A stretch of DNA of 64,000 nucleotides from Fidelibacterota bacterium (GTDB lineage: Bacteria > Fidelibacterota > Marinisomatia > Marinisomatales > TCS55), in the NCBI GenBank assembly GCA_046861385.1, contig JBHHTW010000008.1, positions 1 through 64,000 of the forward strand, written 5' to 3'. Positions 59,650-64,000 of the stretch are shown piece by piece (within the stretch, counting starts at the first letter, position 1; each line of letters starts with the position of its first letter). The notes under the pieces are model-generated. The model was not told where the DNA came from. It saw only the letters and a list, made by a program, of their open reading frames with translations, and did no database searches. The translations under genes were made by a program, and so were the position numbers.

Positions 59650-62163
59650 ATGAATAAAATGCTAAAATCTTTCAGTCAAATTATTATGACTGGAGCACTT
59701 TTCATGTCACTTGGGTGGTCACAAATAAGTGTCACCTTTCAAGTAGATATGAATAATGAAACTGTGGATGCAAACGGTGTTCATTTGGCTGGCGCTTTTC
59801 AGGGTTGGGATCCTGCTGCAACAGAATTAACCGATACAGATGGCGATGGAGTATATTCTATCTCAGTGGATACCCTTACAGCAGGTGCTACTTATGAATA
59901 TAAATATGTCAACGGCAATGCCTGGGGCGGCGATGAATTCCAAGGTGGATCAAATCGCTCTATTACAATTCCTGACACTAATACTGTTTTACCCGCTTAT
60001 TGTTTTAATTCGCTTCTTATTTGCTCTGAAGTAAATATCACTTTGAATGTTGATATGAATTTTGAAGTTGTTTCAGCGGCTGGTGTTCATGTTGCTGGCG
60101 CTTTTCAGGGTTGGGATCCTGCTGCAACAGAATTAACCGATACAGATGGCGATGGAGTATATTCTGTAACGCTGGCTATGACGATTGGAGATACTGTTGA
60201 ATATAAATACGTCAATGGTGATGCCTGGGGAAGTGATGAATTTCAAGGGCAATCGAACCGCTCTTTAATTGTTCCTGATGTAGATACCGAATTACCTGCA
60301 TACTGTTTTAACAGTCTTGATCTTTGCGACTATGCAGCCGAGGGTGTTTGGGTCACTTTCCAAGTTGATATGTCATATGAAATTATCAATGAGATAGATG
60401 GTGTTCATATCGCCGGTTCCTTCCAGGGCTGGGATCCATCGTTAACGGAATTGTCTGATGTGGATGGCGATATGGTCTATGAAGTAACGCTGGATATTCT
60501 CGAATCAGCTGGTGACTCTGTATATTACAAATACGTTAATGGAAATGAATGGGGCGAAGATGAAAATATAGGCGCTGATAGACTGTTGGTTGTCCCGGAT
60601 ACCACGACTATTATAGCCGCGCCCTGTTATGGTAGCGCTGATCCATGTCCTACCCCGCCTGACAGCGTTAATGTTACATTTGTTGTTGATATGTTATATG
60701 AAACTGTTTCAGCAAACGGTGTTCATGTCGCCGGAAACTTCCAAAGTTGGGATCCTGCTGCCAGTGAAATGACAGATGCAGATGGCGATGGTAAATATGA
60801 AGCCACTTTTCACGTTGCCACGGGAGAAGAACTACAATACAAATTTATCAATGGCAATGATTGGGATTCAGCAGAAACCGTACCGGATGAGTGTGTCTCT
60901 GGTGGTAATCGCACTGTTAATGCTCCCAACTTCGATCGACCATACGAAGTGTGTTATGCAATGTGTGAAATTTGTCCAGAAGAACCTGTTACTAAAACGG
61001 TTGTATTTTCGGTTGACATGTCAGAGTGGCTGGATGAAGACGGTGCAACAGGAATGCCTATTTTCAGTGTGTCACGAGGCGATCAAATGCAGGTCCGCGG
61101 CGGTTTTAACGGCTGGAATTGCGATACTCCTGAAGATTGTGAAATGTCACGTACGCCCGGCACAAACGTTTTTAGCCTAGCGGTTTCTTTAACGGATCAA
61201 GCCGATAAGGAATTTGAATACAAATTCTATTTGCAACACGATTCAACATCATTAGCCTTATTTGAAGCTGAGTATGGCGCCATGTACGGAGATATGGGCT
61301 GGGAAGATTCACCACAGTTTGGTGGATCCAATCGTATCTTTCAAATGGGTGAAGATGACGGAACAGGCTTATTGGAACTGCCTCTTGCTGGTTATTACGA
61401 TCTCCCGGCAGGTGCGGTAGTCCCTGCAGGTACACCTGTTTCTCTTACGTTCTCAGTGGACATGACCGGCGCAGATGCGGATGGTTTTGACTCAGCTGAA
61501 GATACGGTCTCATTGGTTCTAAAAGACAAATGGTTGAACTATTTACAGGGTTTTGGCGATAATTCTACCCATACGGCTACATCAAATGGTGATGGTACAT
61601 ATTCAGTTACGGTTGATTTTGTTGGTCCGATTCCCTGGCATATGATTTATACTTGGGGATTCTATGATGTTTCATCAGTTGTTGATATTGAAGAGGGCGG
61701 TGGTTTTGGATTGGGCCGCTTCCGCGCTCGTTATCATCACGCCAATTCGGATAGAGGTTGTGCTTGGGAAGATTTTACTTTCGAACAGGATACTTGGCAG
61801 AAAGATCCACCCTTGCCTCTTGAAGACTTTGACCCAACTGCAGTATGTATTGCACTGGAGATTGTAAGTGATGTTGTACCGGCTAAATTTCAATTGTCGG
61901 ATAACTATCCAAATCCATTCAACCCAACAACGAATATTTCATTCAGCATTCCCACGGCGTTAGATGTCCAAGTGAATGTCTATAATATTCTGGGACAAAA
62001 AGTGGTTACCTTCAATGAGGGACAACTCAATGCCGGTACTTATAATATTCGCTGGAATGGTAGAGATCAAATGGGGAATGTTCTCTCTAGCGGTATTTAC
62101 TTCTACGAACTCCAGGCTGGTGATCAGTTTAAACAAATCAAGAAAATGACTTTTGTGAAATAA
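59650..62163 (+). CDS. T9SS-secreted protein of tandem starch-binding (CBM20/48-like) modules; no catalytic domain recognised
   Basis: Four ~100-aa repeats VTFxVDM..GVHxAGxFQxWDP..DxDGDG.Y..YKY/FxNG..W plus two divergent FSVDM modules; CTD NYPNPFNP...SGIYFY...KKMTFVK. Confidence 0.82.
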   Translation: MNKMLKSFSQIIMTGALFMSLGWSQISVTFQVDMNNETVDANGVHLAGAFQGWDPAATELTDTDGDGVYSISVDTLTAGATYEYKYVNGNAWGGDEFQGGSNRSITIPDTNTVLPAYCFNSLLICSEVNITLNVDMNFEVVSAAGVHVAGAFQGWDPAATELTDTDGDGVYSVTLAMTIGDTVEYKYVNGDAWGSDEFQGQSNRSLIVPDVDTELPAYCFNSLDLCDYAAEGVWVTFQVDMSYEIINEIDGVHIAGSFQGWDPSLTELSDVDGDMVYEVTLDILESAGDSVYYKYVNGNEWGEDENIGADRLLVVPDTTTIIAAPCYGSADPCPTPPDSVNVTFVVDMLYETVSANGVHVAGNFQSWDPAASEMTDADGDGKYEATFHVATGEELQYKFINGNDWDSAETVPDECVSGGNRTVNAPNFDRPYEVCYAMCEICPEEPVTKTVVFSVDMSEWLDEDGATGMPIFSVSRGDQMQVRGGFNGWNCDTPEDCEMSRTPGTNVFSLAVSLTDQADKEFEYKFYLQHDSTSLALFEAEYGAMYGDMGWEDSPQFGGSNRIFQMGEDDGTGLLELPLAGYYDLPAGAVVPAGTPVSLTFSVDMTGADADGFDSAEDTVSLVLKDKWLNYLQGFGDNSTHTATSNGDGTYSVTVDFVGPIPWHMIYTWGFYDVSSVVDIEEGGGFGLGRFRARYHHANSDRGCAWEDFTFEQDTWQKDPPLPLEDFDPTAVCIALEIVSDVVPAKFQLSDNYPNPFNPTTNISFSIPTALDVQVNVYNILGQKVVTFNEGQLNAGTYNIRWNGRDQMGNVLSSGIYFYELQAGDQFKQIKKMTFVK
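59788..60165 (+). repeat. Identical 72-bp direct repeat (59788-59859 and 60094-60165)
   Basis: gctggcgcttttcagggttgggatcctgctgcaacagaattaaccgatacagatggcgatggagtatattct occurs twice, 306 bp apart. Confidence 0.9.
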
Positions 62164-62182
62164 CTACTTTCTTGCATTGATT

Positions 62183-62216
62183 AAAAGAGGGCTCATGTAA
62201 TGTGGGCCCTTTTTTT
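62183..62216. terminator. Intrinsic, probably bidirectional, terminator
   Basis: AAAAGAGGGCTCA-tgtaatg-TGGGCCCTTTTTTT between convergent genes. Confidence 0.75.
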
Positions 62217-62231
62217 ATACTCTAGATAACT

Positions 62232-63980
62232 TTATTTTGTTAAAACACCCTTTACTACAAAAATTCTATTTTGTGATTGATACCTAATAAAATATATGCC
62301 GCTTGGAAATTGGCTTGCATTCCAAACGAAGTCATGTTCCCCCTTATCCACTTTTTGGTTTATTAATGTATCAATCCATTTTCCCTTGATATTATATATA
62401 TCCAAACGGAGAGGATGCTTATCTGCGTTCTCAACTTTAATTCGGATGGTTGTTTCTGGATTAAAGGGGTTGGGGTATAGACTTATGATATTGTGTTCAA
62501 TTGGTATTATATCACTTTTAATCGTCAGCGGAAATACATTTCCGGATCCTTTAACCAGTAAATACCTTTGATTGGTTTCAGAAACATCGAAAAATTCTCG
62601 TTCTCCATCGGGCCAATTAACTACCACTGAATCAATATCAATCTCATCTCCCAAGCCAAAGTGTTGCCGTAGTGTATTTTGTGAACAGTAACCGTTTCCA
62701 GCTGCCACCTGACTAAATTGGGATCCGGATTGAGTATATATTATAATTTTGGCTCCAATTGCAAATGGATCTCCTTCATTTGATTGCAGTAAAAATTGAA
62801 CCCAGTTATTTGATGGAGAGTCGTTTCTGTATAAGAGAACAGATCCATCAGAATAGGAATGCCCTGCGGCAATAATATCGAGATCCCCATCGTTGTCTAA
62901 ATCTCCATAAGCACAACCGATACCATTATTGTAACTCTGTAGGCCGGAAGATTGACTCAAATCTTCAAATGAACCATTTTGCAAATTTCGAAAAAATGAA
63001 TTGGGGACATCTCCAAAACCAGATTGATTATTGTTAAAAATATCCAGCCAGCCATCATTGTCTGCATCAAAGAAAAACGTTCCCCAGGCCATACTCCCGG
63101 GGATGTCTGAAACACCGGTTAAATCTGCAACATCATAAAAATATCCCTGTGGTGAATTTTGCAGTAATGAATTTTCATACAGATTAGATGTATACACATC
63201 TATCCAACCATCTCGATTATAATCGCCGAGCGCTACACCCATGCCCATCACAGGTAAAATAACACCTGCTGAAGCGGATATATCTGAAAATACGCCGCTC
63301 TCTTCTTTCCGAAGTAAAATATTACCTCTGTTATTATCTTGAGTAAGGAAAAGATCATCATCTCCATCGTTATCATAATCAAAAAAACCTAACCCCATAA
63401 CCAGTCCTCCATTTTGTGGTCCTGCAGCATTTATATTTTGCGCGAAGTCTGTAAATGTCCCGTCTCCATTATTCTTAAAGAAATAATTAAACTCAGTTAA
63501 CCGCCCAACATATAAATCTATCCAACCGTCATTATTAACATCGTTCCATGCGCCACCTTCGAGTCCACCATTTGTTACGATTCCCGACCGGACGGTTACA
63601 TCGCTGAATGTCCCGTCTCCATTGTTTCTATATAAAAAACTGTTGCCTTTCATTGCTCCGATGAATAAATCCAGATAGCCATCATTATTATAATCAGCCG
63701 CTAGGGGGAGTCTTGTTTCAGCAGATGTTGTTATACCAACCGCGAACGATACTTCTTCAAATTCCATGCTGCCCAGATTATGAAACAATAAATTAGAACC
63801 ATTATTCCGATCGCAGACAAATACGTCCTCCAAATCATCGTTATCGAAATCAAAAATACAAACTCCCTCACCGGATATATTATAATTCATCCCGGCTTCG
63901 GAGGTCAGGTTTGTGAAATAAATTTGCCCGTTCACTGCCGTAAACAACGTGATGATACCAATGAAAATTATTGCATTCAT
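62232..63980 (-). CDS. FG-GAP repeat / ASPIC-UnbV (CRTAC1-like) protein with T9SS CTD
   Basis: Repeated DxDNDGxxD motifs; AIGAKI..GNGYCSQN..HFGLG..VNWPDG; C-terminal YPNPFNP...SGIYFI. Confidence 0.87.
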   Translation of the reverse strand: MNAIIFIGIITLFTAVNGQIYFTNLTSEAGMNYNISGEGVCIFDFDNDDLEDVFVCDRNNGSNLLFHNLGSMEFEEVSFAVGITTSAETRLPLAADYNNDGYLDLFIGAMKGNSFLYRNNGDGTFSDVTVRSGIVTNGGLEGGAWNDVNNDGWIDLYVGRLTEFNYFFKNNGDGTFTDFAQNINAAGPQNGGLVMGLGFFDYDNDGDDDLFLTQDNNRGNILLRKEESGVFSDISASAGVILPVMGMGVALGDYNRDGWIDVYTSNLYENSLLQNSPQGYFYDVADLTGVSDIPGSMAWGTFFFDADNDGWLDIFNNNQSGFGDVPNSFFRNLQNGSFEDLSQSSGLQSYNNGIGCAYGDLDNDGDLDIIAAGHSYSDGSVLLYRNDSPSNNWVQFLLQSNEGDPFAIGAKIIIYTQSGSQFSQVAAGNGYCSQNTLRQHFGLGDEIDIDSVVVNWPDGEREFFDVSETNQRYLLVKGSGNVFPLTIKSDIIPIEHNIISLYPNPFNPETTIRIKVENADKHPLRLDIYNIKGKWIDTLINQKVDKGEHDFVWNASQFPSGIYFIRYQSQNRIFVVKGVLTK

Positions 63981-64000
63981 ATAGAAGAATAAATTACGCA

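Noticed and set aside
59788-60165. Diversity-generating retroelement TR/VR pair
   Set aside because: The copies are identical (no adenine-specific mismatches), both are in frame within one gene, and no reverse transcriptase is present.
1380-62571. Numerous 60-154 aa ORFs antisense or out of frame to long genes
   Set aside because: They overlap well-supported CDSs and show no recognisable motifs; treated as shadow ORFs.
1-64000. tRNA or rRNA genes
   Set aside because: No intergenic space with recognisable cloverleaf or rRNA signatures was seen by eye.

Overview
AT-rich, gene-dense bacterial window with two large metabolic regions. The T9SS-type C-terminal domains, a PorV-family gene and a TonB-dependent receptor with no SusD suggest an FCB-group bacterium outside the Bacteroidota, possibly Marinimicrobia-like (inference). 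(1) About 1.4-27.5 kb: a selenium-dependent molybdenum-hydroxylase purine catabolism cluster. It holds ade, xdhA/B/C, ssnA, ygeY, ygeW, carbamate kinase, two PLP enzymes, ygfK, an 8-oxoguanine-deaminase-like enzyme, ygfM and a split xdhD-like pair, with divergent yqeC-mocA-yqeB-xdhC maturation genes. An AAA/DUF4143 ATPase with phased upstream repeats is inserted in it. (2) About 31.6-62.2 kb: a complete alpha-glucan utilisation locus. It has four GH13 enzymes, MalQ, a phosphorylase, an SSS importer, a GT4, a TrmB regulator, a PPIase-TBDR-1241 aa CTD protein-PorV module and a tandem-CBM T9SS protein. A 24-bp palindrome (AGTRACTCA-N4-TGAGTTACT) occurs four times and links this locus to a tandem gap pair whose first copy lacks the catalytic Cys. 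Between and around these regions are acs, a second SSS transporter, REP-like palindromes, an FG-GAP/ASPIC protein and, at the left edge, decayed integrase and IS3 remnants. No rRNA, tRNA or CRISPR was recognised. All family calls come from motif recognition by eye, not database searches.
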